From Promethearchaeota archaeon (lineage in GTDB: Archaea > Asgardarchaeota > Lokiarchaeia > Sigyniarchaeales > SOKP01): a stretch of 25,859 nucleotides of DNA. The number at the start of each line of letters is the position of its first letter. The first letter of the stretch is position 1. A program made the position numbers and the translations under genes. Shown here one piece after another: positions 10,273-19,234 of the stretch. Below the pieces are notes generated by a model. It did not search any database. It was not told the origin of the DNA and saw only the letters and a list, made by a program, of their open reading frames with translations. Where the stretch lies: the NCBI GenBank assembly GCA_016839765.1, contig JAEOTP010000037.1, positions 1 to 25,859 of the forward strand. The letters run 5' to 3'.

Positions 10273-11178
10273 TTAATCAACCAAATCTAAATTAAAGATT
10301 TTCTTTGCGTTCTCAATGGTTTTTTCACTAACTAATTCTTGAGAAACATTATGAGAATAAGCAATCGCAGCAATAGAAAATCGAGCATTTGAAGGTACAT
10401 TGATTGGGCCTCTAAGATAGGGATGTTGATAATAACTGTCTGTCTCAGTTAATAAAGCATCTAATGGAGAATTTTTAGTGACATTGCGCCATCTACTATT
10501 ACCATACGCAGAACTTGGTACCGAGAGTTTAAATCCTTGTTTAGGCAATATAATTCCATAATCATCCGGTCCAGAAAAACAATGCCACATAACTCTTTCT
10601 GGATTTATATTAAATTCTTTAATTATGTTTAAAATCTCCTTAGTAGCACCATCTCTTTTATTATATCTGTGCTTAGGGTTTTCCCTATCATATTCACGTT
10701 CAGTCGCATTCCTAACATGAAGAACATAGGGCTTTCCAAAATTTTTTGTTATTTCAAAGATTTTTTTTAACTCAGAAACTTGCTTCTCCCTTTTTTCAAG
10801 AGTTTGAGCATGATGAAAATCTAAACCTATTTCCCCTATAGCTAAAAATTTTTCTTTATTATTTGTAATAAAATCTGTCCATTTATCCCAATTTCCCTTA
10901 TATTGTGTCTTAGGCGTATATGTGACTGTTTGTGGAGCCCATCCGCACGTAAAACCCACCTTTTGTTTATCTTTTATAAAATTTAAAATTAAATCAAGAG
11001 TGGTGTTATCAATAGAACTTGTTATTAAATAAATTCCACCAGATTTAAAGAATTCCCTGTATTGTTCCTCGTCTGAAGGTAATTGATCATTTTTTTTAGG
11101 TCTTGGAAATGGTAAATGGCAATGAGCGTCAATGAATTTAAGCCCACTGATTGGTTCAGGCACTTTAATATCTGGCAT
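10273..11178 (-). CDS. tatD: TatD family metal-dependent hydrolase/DNase
   Basis: DAHCHL, AIGEIGLD, LHVR, HCFSG, LTETDS motifs. Confidence 0.9.
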   Translation of the reverse strand: MPDIKVPEPISGLKFIDAHCHLPFPRPKKNDQLPSDEEQYREFFKSGGIYLITSSIDNTTLDLILNFIKDKQKVGFTCGWAPQTVTYTPKTQYKGNWDKWTDFITNNKEKFLAIGEIGLDFHHAQTLEKREKQVSELKKIFEITKNFGKPYVLHVRNATEREYDRENPKHRYNKRDGATKEILNIIKEFNINPERVMWHCFSGPDDYGIILPKQGFKLSVPSSAYGNSRWRNVTKNSPLDALLTETDSYYQHPYLRGPINVPSNARFSIAAIAYSHNVSQELVSEKTIENAKKIFNLDLVD

Positions 11179-11319
11179 TATATTTAAATAATAATTTTAG
11201 GTTAAGTAGAATTATTAAATATTAGTTATATTGTTTTTCTCTCAAGTTAGTATGTAGTCTCATTTTTCAATGAATAAAACGAAGAATAAAGATTAAAATT
11301 TCAACCACTACGTCTTTTT

Positions 11320-12804
11320 TTATATTGATTTTGCGATCAATTTCTTTCTTATTAGATAAACTCCAATTATACCAATTATTCCTAAGAGTAAGGTTATATC
11401 GTAACCAGGAATCCCTGTGGGAAGCGATGTCCCCTGTGGGAAGTGATGCGAGTGTTTTATCTCAAAATGATCGCTATAGTCAAAAACAGAAGAATCCGAC
11501 ACATATATAATTTTTATTCGATAATTTTTAGATTCCACGAGTTCCGACGATACGAACCAGTAAAATTCGCCATTATTAGGGTTGCTTGAAATAATTTCCA
11601 TGACGAATACACCATTATTATAGAGTTCAATTCTCACATTCGACATGCTCCCCGTTGAGTTCCAATATATATATTGAGTCGAATTGATCTCCCACGAGCT
11701 GGAAGCGTCAGGACTAATGATGGTTAAAGACTTGGCAACCATTACAATTAATGTTATCTCATAGCTTTCAAAATCGTAATGATCTCCTGCAAAAGCAGTT
11801 ATTGTTATGATATAAGTTCCTGAAGGGACATTTACTAAATCTGCTTCGTAAATGCCATCATTTTCAGGATCAAAAATTAGTCCTTGTCCATAAGCCCAAT
11901 TATATACCACTGTAGCACTTTTAATCGTGTTATTTTGAGGATCTTTTAAAATAATTTTTAATAATACATCTTCCCCGGCATAAACTTCTATTTGAGAACC
12001 TCCATCGTCTCGGTTAATGGTTCCAATTATTCTATTAACTGTAATTCTTAAATTTATATTATTAATTGAATAGTCTGGCGCATGAGCAATAATTGTAAAA
12101 AGTTTCACTCCAATCATTAAAATTGTTGTATTGAGATTAATACTATATTGATTTGAATTTTCCGTGAAATTTACTATAATAGCCTCTCCTATCAATTGAA
12201 TTAATGCATCAGGAATATGAAGTCCAGTTTGATTATCAGTAAATCGTACTGTGATATTTAGAATGGTGCCTATGGTTACTTCAATAACAGGATCAAGAGT
12301 CATATTAACACCATCTAAAAATAATTCTAATTGTGATTCTCTTTCGACTACTATAACGAAAAATTGAATGCTTTGAGGCTGATAATTTTCTTTTTCAGCA
12401 AATATGGTTAAAATAGTAATTCCTTTCTCTAGATCTTTTGTATTTATTGTAATGTTGTAATATTGATTATTAGTTTCACTTAAATTAGCCCGCCCAACTA
12501 ATTGTACTGTTGCATTAGGGATATGAGTCCCATTTTCAAGATCTCTGAAGAATACAGTAACATTTATAACGTCATCAATTTCAACTTTAATCGTATCCCC
12601 ATCATTCCTAGGAATCCCATTTAAAAATAGCAGTAATTTAGTGTCTGTTAGATTTAAATTATCGGTAACCGTGAGTTCTAAGTTGGAGTGGACTTGATTA
12701 TTACCGCTTATCTTGGTAGTATCCCAGACTGAAATTGATAAAAATAAAGGTAAATATGAAATTATGAGGATAGAAATTATTAAAGTTAATTTTTTTATTT
12801 TCAT
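11320..12804 (-). CDS. Secreted cell-surface glycoprotein: Ig-like repeats, Ser/Thr-rich beta domain, IPGY-TM-basic C-terminal anchor (Loki-CTERM-like)
   Basis: Signal peptide; two clearly homologous ~100-aa repeats (LxLFLxG...I-NxTVxFxD...GxHIPxAxxQLxG...NQY) plus a third diverged one; many N-x-S/T sequons; ends IPGYDITLLLGIIGIIGVYLIRKK. Confidence 0.85.
   Translation of the reverse strand: MKIKKLTLIISILIISYLPLFLSISVWDTTKISGNNQVHSNLELTVTDNLNLTDTKLLLFLNGIPRNDGDTIKVEIDDVINVTVFFRDLENGTHIPNATVQLVGRANLSETNNQYYNITINTKDLEKGITILTIFAEKENYQPQSIQFFVIVVERESQLELFLDGVNMTLDPVIEVTIGTILNITVRFTDNQTGLHIPDALIQLIGEAIIVNFTENSNQYSINLNTTILMIGVKLFTIIAHAPDYSINNINLRITVNRIIGTINRDDGGSQIEVYAGEDVLLKIILKDPQNNTIKSATVVYNWAYGQGLIFDPENDGIYEADLVNVPSGTYIITITAFAGDHYDFESYEITLIVMVAKSLTIISPDASSSWEINSTQYIYWNSTGSMSNVRIELYNNGVFVMEIISSNPNNGEFYWFVSSELVESKNYRIKIIYVSDSSVFDYSDHFEIKHSHHFPQGTSLPTGIPGYDITLLLGIIGIIGVYLIRKKLIAKSI
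11413..11448. repeat. Tandem 17-bp duplication with 19-bp period
   Basis: ccctgtgggaagcgatg (11413-11429) and ccctgtgggaagtgatg (11432-11448). Confidence 0.9.
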
Positions 12805-12954
12805 AATTTTAAATATTTATTTTTGTCTTGATACCACATAGGATATTTTTGATTATATATTTTTTTACTTTAATGACTATAGTGTGATTTAAATAAATTT
12901 TTAAGTAACTTCTTAATTTAGGAAGGTATAATTAAAAATTTTATTGATTGTCCC

Positions 12955-13371
12955 ATGGCAATAAAAGAGATTAAATCTAAACTGGAAGAATTAGAAGCTA
13001 AAAAAAGGGAAGTTAGTCCTAAAATTGAAGAGATTGAAGTATTACGCCAAGAAGAATTAGCAAAAGTTAATAAGAAATATGATCACTTGGTTGATGATGT
13101 GAAACAAGACGTAAAATTATTAAAAAATAATCTAATGAATGGCATAATCGATACTTTCGAGAAGGTTGTTATGAATGAATTTGATACTAAAAGGAGTACA
13201 AGTGAATATATGATTACTGATGATTTTAAAGAATTTAGAGAGGGTGCTTCGGAAATAGAAATGTTCCCTAAAAACCTAATAGAACGCTTAGATAAAGTTA
13301 TTAATGGAGATCCTATTGAAAATATTGCCTATGACTTAGAGAAAATCAAAAATATGTATAAAAAGGAATAA
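12955..13371 (+). CDS. Hypothetical protein with N-terminal coiled coil
   Basis: 138-aa ORF with typical codon usage and an E/K-rich heptad pattern. Confidence 0.8.
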   Translation: MAIKEIKSKLEELEAKKREVSPKIEEIEVLRQEELAKVNKKYDHLVDDVKQDVKLLKNNLMNGIIDTFEKVVMNEFDTKRSTSEYMITDDFKEFREGASEIEMFPKNLIERLDKVINGDPIENIAYDLEKIKNMYKKE

Positions 13372-13513
13372 TTAACGAAAGTGTACTTTTTCTTCCTTTT
13401 ATCATTACAGGGCTTCTAGCAATCCCCATATATATTTATGAGAAAATGTTATCCAAATCTCTCAAACGTGTTAATTCAAGGTTTTCAAAATATAATCTTC
13501 CACAATTTAAATT

Positions 13514-13557
13514 ACCTGAATTAAACGACTTGGTAGAAAAATCTAATGAATAATATC
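13514..13557 (+). repeat. 44-bp direct repeat, copy 1
   Basis: acctgaattaaacgacttGGtagaaaaatctaatgaataatatc; 42/44 identical to 14390-14433. Confidence 0.95.
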
Positions 13558-13689
13558 GGACAATTTTGATTTTGGGAATCTTATCGGTTAAAAATCCTGG
13601 TTTAGATTTAGTTCCTGTAGAATATGTATATTGGTTTCTTCCTTTGCTTCCAGGGACAATGTCCATTGAAAATTAATAAGGTTTATTAT

Positions 13690-13713
13690 TTGATTCAATA
13701 AATATTGAATCAA
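13690..13713. promoter_or_regulatory. Perfect inverted repeat (11-bp arms, 2-bp spacer), candidate protein-binding site
   Basis: TTGATTCAATA-AA-TATTGAATCAA in non-coding DNA. Confidence 0.6.
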
Positions 13714-13848
13714 CTGATTAGGATTTTGAAATAATTTTTAACTAAGAGTATTAACTTAGATTTAAGACAAATTCTTAAATTAACGGAAAAACTAAATAAT
13801 AATAACAATGTCTAAGATTTTATCATATTAATCCTATTGGTGTTAATT

Positions 13849-14223
13849 ATGCGAAAAAGCAAGCAAGATAGAGAATCAAGAAAAAATATTAATTATTTAT
13901 TACTTAAAATAACTTCTCCAGCTGGAAAAAATATAATCGAGGAAGAGGATTGTAAAAACCTCCTTGATGAACTGAGCTCTTACATCACAAATCGTGGGGG
14001 AAGCTTTTATCAAGAAAATTCTATAGTTTTATTAGAAGGTAGGGATCTTATAGAGCTCCGTGTCCCGAATGCTCGATATATTAGAATTCCAACGAAGTGG
14101 GTTAAGTCAGGACGAATTAAACCTTATTTCAAATATGACGTAGTGATGTTTCAATCAACAGAACAGGATTATACTCGCTATTTCAATAGTGTATCAATCA
14201 AGGATTTAAATTACGATTATTAA
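13849..14223 (+). CDS. Orphan hypothetical protein (~124 aa)
   Basis: Open frame 13837-14223, ATG at 13849; protein-like composition; no family recognised. Confidence 0.65.
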   Translation: MRKSKQDRESRKNINYLLLKITSPAGKNIIEEEDCKNLLDELSSYITNRGGSFYQENSIVLLEGRDLIELRVPNARYIRIPTKWVKSGRIKPYFKYDVVMFQSTEQDYTRYFNSVSIKDLNYDY

Positions 14224-14389
14224 TATTCCAGATAATGGAAATTTTCTCGATCTTAGTTTTTACTGAAGGATAAAGAGGTCAAAAGAATTTTGTTTATAAG
14301 TACAATATGCAATTAACAATAATATCCCTTTTTCAGTCATCTTGGATGATTATTTCTATTTTGACATTGAAAATTTCAATACCAAATCA

Positions 14390-14433
14390 ACCTGAATTAA
14401 ACGACTTATTAGAAAAATCTAATGAATAATATC
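14390..14433 (+). repeat. 44-bp direct repeat, copy 2
   Basis: acctgaattaaacgacttATtagaaaaatctaatgaataatatc. Confidence 0.95.
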
Positions 14434-14510
14434 CGCATAATATAATCATAAATATGTGTTTTCACCGCATTTCATATCATTAGACAACCATAAGAACTTC
14501 GGCCTATTAT

Positions 14511-14654
14511 ATGGAGTTATTCGAAGAAGAAATTGAAATTTATAGTTCTAAAATGCGATTATTAAATTGGTTATATGATGAGTTAAAATTACAGAAAGAG
14601 CTCTCCAAAGACATTTTAAACGAAAAAGGTCAGAAGTTACCTCTTAATTTATAA
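14511..14654 (+). pseudogene. Small ORF or gene remnant (MELFEEEIEIYSSKMRLLNWLYDELKLQKELSKDILNEKGQKLPLNL)
   Basis: 47-aa helical, protein-like frame; the same frame continues upstream interrupted by TAG 14481 and TAA 14427. Confidence 0.4.
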
Positions 14655-14667
14655 ACCTATAAAATGA

Positions 14668-15219
14668 TTAAATTAAAGCCAAAATAATTTCTATTATATT
14701 ATAAAACTTCTTTTCTATAATGTTAATATTACCTTTTGTTGGTAAATGGATAAATATTACAGGATAATTCCCTTTTGCTAAATATAAGGCCCAATAATAA
14801 ACGTAGTTGCAGAGAAAAAGGCCGGGGTAGCTTGATAATGATACACTTTCAGTACTTTTCATATTTGATATTATTTTTTCTACATTTAGAACACTTTTTA
14901 ATCTCATAAATTTTTTAAATTTAACAATTCCTATTCTAAATTTATTTTCATTATCTAATCCGAAAGCTAAATTCCATCCACATCTTTCGATTAAAATTTT
15001 TTTTCCTGAATAAATTCCAGTAAGTATTATTAACCTTGGATCAGACTTTAGTATATATAAAGTTCTCTCATAATCTTTAATACTTCCCTTCCAACTTACA
15101 GGTAAAACTTTTGTGGTAAATAGAAAACCTTCAAAATTTTCTGGGAAATTCCTCACAATCTCTTCACTAATATTAAGAGGATATTCACCGAACTTTTCAA
15201 AACCAGTTAAAATTATCAT
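14668..15219 (-). CDS. pcp: Pyroglutamyl-peptidase I (pyrrolidone-carboxylate peptidase)
   Basis: ILTGFEKFG...N.S, LPVSW, IER (catalytic Glu), GLFLCNY (Cys), FIHLP (His). Confidence 0.88.
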   Translation of the reverse strand: MIILTGFEKFGEYPLNISEEIVRNFPENFEGFLFTTKVLPVSWKGSIKDYERTLYILKSDPRLIILTGIYSGKKILIERCGWNLAFGLDNENKFRIGIVKFKKFMRLKSVLNVEKIISNMKSTESVSLSSYPGLFLCNYVYYWALYLAKGNYPVIFIHLPTKGNINIIEKKFYNIIEIILALI

Positions 15220-15264
15220 TATTTAAAAATAAAAAATTAATAAAAAGTCAATGAATTAAACGAT

Positions 15265-15681
15265 TTAAGCTAATTTTTGCTTTAGTTTTTCATTTTCTAG
15301 TTTTTCTAGTTTTTTCTCTAAGGTAGCTATATCCTTTTCTTTGGCTTTAATCTTAGATTTCTTTTCTTTTTCAATATTATTTAATTTATCTTTCAATGCT
15401 TTATCTTTCCCTTTAAGTAAATTTTCGTGTTCTTTTTTTAATGATTTCACTTCCACTGTTAATCTATTCCTCTTGGAAACCCATTCATCTGCTTTTTCAA
15501 TAGCTTCTTTTAGATCTGCTTCAGCAATATCTAAATTTGATTTTGTATCATGGATTTTGGAATCCCAATCAGCTTCTATCTCTTTCTCGGCATTTGCTTC
15601 CTTTTTAGTCATATCTTCTTCAATCCGAGTTATATCATCCTTTAAATCACTAATATTAGTTCTAATTTCTTCTTCAGCCAT
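15265..15681 (-). CDS. Coiled-coil hypothetical protein
   Basis: 138 aa, almost entirely K/E/L heptad-like sequence. Confidence 0.8.
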   Translation of the reverse strand: MAEEEIRTNISDLKDDITRIEEDMTKKEANAEKEIEADWDSKIHDTKSNLDIAEADLKEAIEKADEWVSKRNRLTVEVKSLKKEHENLLKGKDKALKDKLNNIEKEKKSKIKAKEKDIATLEKKLEKLENEKLKQKLA

Positions 15682-15800
15682 TTTACATGTTCCTATTTAA
15701 TTTTTCAATTTTATATTAGGTTGTTTTATTTTTTGTAAGATAAAAATTTTTTTTATTGCACTAATTAATACTCAGTAGATTATTTTTCATTTATCCGACT

Positions 15801-16823
15801 TTAATAGTCTAGTTTTTCTCCTAATGCCATACGACATAAATCACTGAGAAAGTAATTTTTCAAACCACTTCTTACTACTTTTGAACCCAGGGAATCCATG
15901 CACGCAGGACAATTGTACACACACATTTCTGCTCCGTGTTTTATCATATCATCAACATTTTTTTTCTGAATTTCTCGAGCTAATTTTTTCTTACCTAACG
16001 AAACAATTGTACCAGCGCAGCATAAAGCATTTTCTCTATCATATTCTCTATTAACTCTTTCAACTCCAATTAATTCGCAAACTTTATCGACCCATTCATC
16101 TATTTCGGGTGAAAATCGATTAGAACAAGGTCTTTGATAAGCAATTTTTAAATTAAGTTTTGTAATTTCTGATTCATGTTCTTTTAAATAATGATACAGA
16201 TAATCAAAAAGATGGATTGGCTTGAAATCTTCTGGTAATTCTATATTATTTCTAGAACAATAAGAATTGTAAAAACCATAGCATTCATCATGAAAACATA
16301 TCATTTCTTTTATGCCTTGAGCTTTAATATTACTAATGATAATTGGTGCTCTCTCACGTATTACTGAATCTTTTGCGTAGTGATGATATAATAAATTACA
16401 AAAATACGAAAGTCCACTAACATATTGGAGATTTTCAAATAATTGCCCCTCCATATTCCTCGCATTAGTCTTTGGAAATGCGCATTTGTTTAATACTGGT
16501 TTATTCGGATTTATATCTTTCAGTCGTAATTCAGCATGAGGCTTAAAACGATTGACAGTCGATTCTAAAATTTGTGGATCAATATTTAGGCTATTATATT
16601 TTTCCTGTAATTCTATAATCAAATCAAATGGATGGGATTCATAGGGGCAATACTCATCACACGCAAAACACGTTACGCAATCAGATAATACTCTTGATTC
16701 CTCTCCATTAATCATTTTACCCATCTCTTGGCGAGCATCATCTTTACCAGAAAAATCTATATAGTGACAACGCATCAAACAATCTACATTCCCACATTCA
16801 GCACAATGTGAATTATCAAACAT
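15801..16823 (-). CDS. (Fe-S)-binding protein with ferredoxin-like N-terminus and CCG domains
   Basis: CAECGNVDCLMRC, CVTCFACDEYCP, YQRPC, LCCAG, NCPAC. Confidence 0.88.
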   Translation of the reverse strand: MFDNSHCAECGNVDCLMRCHYIDFSGKDDARQEMGKMINGEESRVLSDCVTCFACDEYCPYESHPFDLIIELQEKYNSLNIDPQILESTVNRFKPHAELRLKDINPNKPVLNKCAFPKTNARNMEGQLFENLQYVSGLSYFCNLLYHHYAKDSVIRERAPIIISNIKAQGIKEMICFHDECYGFYNSYCSRNNIELPEDFKPIHLFDYLYHYLKEHESEITKLNLKIAYQRPCSNRFSPEIDEWVDKVCELIGVERVNREYDRENALCCAGTIVSLGKKKLAREIQKKNVDDMIKHGAEMCVYNCPACMDSLGSKVVRSGLKNYFLSDLCRMALGEKLDY

Positions 16824-16929
16824 AATTTTATCAGTTTTGTATTTTTATGAATTATATTGAATTATTATTTAAAATAAAAATTGGATATAATATAAATTCC
16901 ATTATTATAAATAAGATTTACATTTTCGT

Positions 16930-17445
16930 TTAATCTCTTAGAGTAAATTCCCAAGCACAATAATATTCCTCGGGATGAGAATCTGGGGGGCAACAAATAC
17001 ATTTCGTTTTAATCCGAGAATCAATAGTTTTTGCAAAATCACCATATTCTACTAATCCAACTGGTTTACATGGAAAATCGGGAAGATTTCGACTCTTTCT
17101 TGCAAATTGTACTCGACAATTATTCATTCGAAATATGCATTTTTTTTCTGAGACTTCTACAATTTCTTGAATGTTTATATTTGCATATGCTCTAAATTTA
17201 AGAGCTTTAATTAAAGCGGGGATCCCTCCATTATTAGGAAGATCCAGTAGGATCATTATTCTTTTTGCTTCTATAACTGTAAATCTTTTCCACTGTTTAA
17301 CATCAATATCTATTGCTTTTTCGAGTCCGTATTCTTTTTCAACAACTTGAAACCATGTGCCATCAATTGCTAACCAGATTTTAGATAAATGCTCAATATA
17401 GTTCAATAACTCTTCTTTAGATAAATTAACTAAATCTTTTCTCAT
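16930..17445 (-). CDS. DUF6125-like protein (V4R/ATC-hydrolase-like Cys-rich fold)
   Basis: WLAIDGTWF...EAKRI...CRVQ.AR...PCKPVG..EY..FAK.ID...CPPD.HP...CAWEF. Confidence 0.75.
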   Translation of the reverse strand: MRKDLVNLSKEELLNYIEHLSKIWLAIDGTWFQVVEKEYGLEKAIDIDVKQWKRFTVIEAKRIMILLDLPNNGGIPALIKALKFRAYANINIQEIVEVSEKKCIFRMNNCRVQFARKSRNLPDFPCKPVGLVEYGDFAKTIDSRIKTKCICCPPDSHPEEYYCAWEFTLRD

Positions 17446-17563
17446 TTATTTATAGCCTATTTGAAAATGATCACAGATAAATTGAAAAATACAATAAATT
17501 AAAAAAACTATATCCTTTTTCTTTTTCTAATTCATTTTTAATGGTACTTGAGGAAATTTATTT

Positions 17564-17860
17564 TTATTTTGCGTCTCTGATTGAAATTATTAATTCTTGA
17601 TCAAAAAAATTCTTATATGGGGACTCTCCTGACATTAAAAACAGTGTCCTATAAGCCTTCGCTAATGCTACTACTCCTTCTTTAGAGGAGAGCGCACACT
17701 CTTTGAACGCATTAATTACAAATTGTCCTGATCGAATATCTCCTCTAAAATAATTACCACAGGCATTCCAATTTGTATTTGCTTTTTTTATATTTGTGGG
17801 ATCCACTTTTAATTCGTTCCAGAATCTCTCTAAATCCTCATCTTTCCATTTAGTTTTCAT
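17564..17860 (-). CDS. Hypothetical protein
   Basis: 98-aa ORF with an upstream AGGTTGA Shine-Dalgarno-like sequence, co-oriented in the operon. Confidence 0.7.
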   Translation of the reverse strand: MKTKWKDEDLERFWNELKVDPTNIKKANTNWNACGNYFRGDIRSGQFVINAFKECALSSKEGVVALAKAYRTLFLMSGESPYKNFFDQELIISIRDAK

Positions 17861-17891
17861 TTATCATCAACCTTAGTTAGTTAAATTCATT

Positions 17892-19181
17892 TTATAGCAG
17901 TGTTTGAGCAAATAACTTTATTTTTTCTCTTATAATTTTTTCTGAAGCAAATCTCGCATCACCAACATCTAAATCAATTAGTAACATAGGTATTCCTACT
18001 TCGTCTCTTAGGGCTTCTCTGAGTAACTGAGGCACCGAACCGAATTGTTTGCATCCCAGATGGGAGGTAAAGATAAAACAATCAGCTGAAAAATCTTTTG
18101 CTAATTGAACACAGGTTTCTATAAAGGGATAATAAAATTCAGCACTCTGTTTTGTCATTGGCGCTTCCATTGCTTTTTTCGCCATACCATAAAACAAAGT
18201 CTCTAAATCTGATTTAGTATTAATTGGATCTGCAAAATTATAATTGAAAATATCAAATAAAATCGACATTCCGAGATGACGATCTAACCATTCACCCATA
18301 GCTAAGTCAAAAAAGACAATCATATAAGGCCAAATACTCCTAATTTTTTCCTCTCCCGCATGGTGCTCTTTCTTTTTATATCTAAACTTTGCAATTTCTA
18401 ACATTTGTCTATAGAATTCAAGTTTCTCTTCTCGACCAGCTAAATAAATCTGGGCTGCTGCAGCCATAACATTGAACATATTCTCCACAGGGCAGGGTGT
18501 TGCTTTTTTTAATTCAAAAATTTCCATTTGAAGATTGGTTACTTGATTTTCTACTTCTAATACTTGCTTTAATTTGTTATAATTAGGTTCTTGACCAATA
18601 ACTTTCCCAAGTTTTTCTAATCCCAATTTTATTTCCTCAGCATGATATCGATAACTCTTTTCTGCTTTAAGAAACGGTAAATCTGGAGTGATTAAAGGAA
18701 TGTTTTTATGATACTTAAAAAAGGGATATGAAGCATATGTGTTATCACATGGGGCAGTAGGTGTGATAATGGCTTCAAATTTAAACAAATCATCAAGAGT
18801 CATCCCCATAGTTCCTTTTTGAGAGGAACAAGTATGAAATGGGTGTCCCCAATTTGTAATTAAATCGTAATAGGGTTCAGAACCATTAGGTAATAAAGCA
18901 GCTAGAAAATATGATGTTGCTTCAATACAGACTGGTACGCACTCAAAACAATATAAATATTCTGTTGGAAAGGAAAAATGATGGCCAATTATAGGTAACC
19001 CTTCTCCAGCTTTAACAATAAAGTCCTCCATAACAGATTTTATATGACCTAAACCCAGCTTTAAAGAGGGAATACCATGTGCTGGAAGAATTCCATCAAC
19101 TAATCCCTGAGTAGAAGCCACAGCTTCATAAAGCATTTTATATGGAATAATTCGATTTTCCATTTCAACTCTATTGACCAT
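17892..19181 (-). CDS. 2-hydroxyacyl-CoA dehydratase family subunit (HgdA/FldB/BcrB-like)
   Basis: FPTE, TCSSQK, APCDN, HLGCKQ candidate [4Fe-4S] ligands; C-terminal GIPMLLIDLDVGDAR...EKIKLF. Confidence 0.9.
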   Translation of the reverse strand: MVNRVEMENRIIPYKMLYEAVASTQGLVDGILPAHGIPSLKLGLGHIKSVMEDFIVKAGEGLPIIGHHFSFPTEYLYCFECVPVCIEATSYFLAALLPNGSEPYYDLITNWGHPFHTCSSQKGTMGMTLDDLFKFEAIITPTAPCDNTYASYPFFKYHKNIPLITPDLPFLKAEKSYRYHAEEIKLGLEKLGKVIGQEPNYNKLKQVLEVENQVTNLQMEIFELKKATPCPVENMFNVMAAAAQIYLAGREEKLEFYRQMLEIAKFRYKKKEHHAGEEKIRSIWPYMIVFFDLAMGEWLDRHLGMSILFDIFNYNFADPINTKSDLETLFYGMAKKAMEAPMTKQSAEFYYPFIETCVQLAKDFSADCFIFTSHLGCKQFGSVPQLLREALRDEVGIPMLLIDLDVGDARFASEKIIREKIKLFAQTLL

Positions 19182-19234
19182 ACTTTTACCCTAATTTTTT
19201 AATTAATTTTAAACTTATCTTATAATATTGAAGT

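Noticed and set aside
13436-13666. 76-aa minus-strand ORF as a confident gene
   Set aside because: No recognisable motif, crosses a repeat boundary, and a competing plus-strand frame is equally plausible; discussed under findings only
13514-14433. Diversity-generating retroelement TR/VR pair
   Set aside because: Only 44 bp with two adjacent mismatches (GG/AT) that are not adenine-specific on one strand; no reverse transcriptase in the window
14454-14654. Pyrrolysine read-through at TAG 14481
   Set aside because: No pyl genes or methylamine methyltransferase context; the region looks decayed
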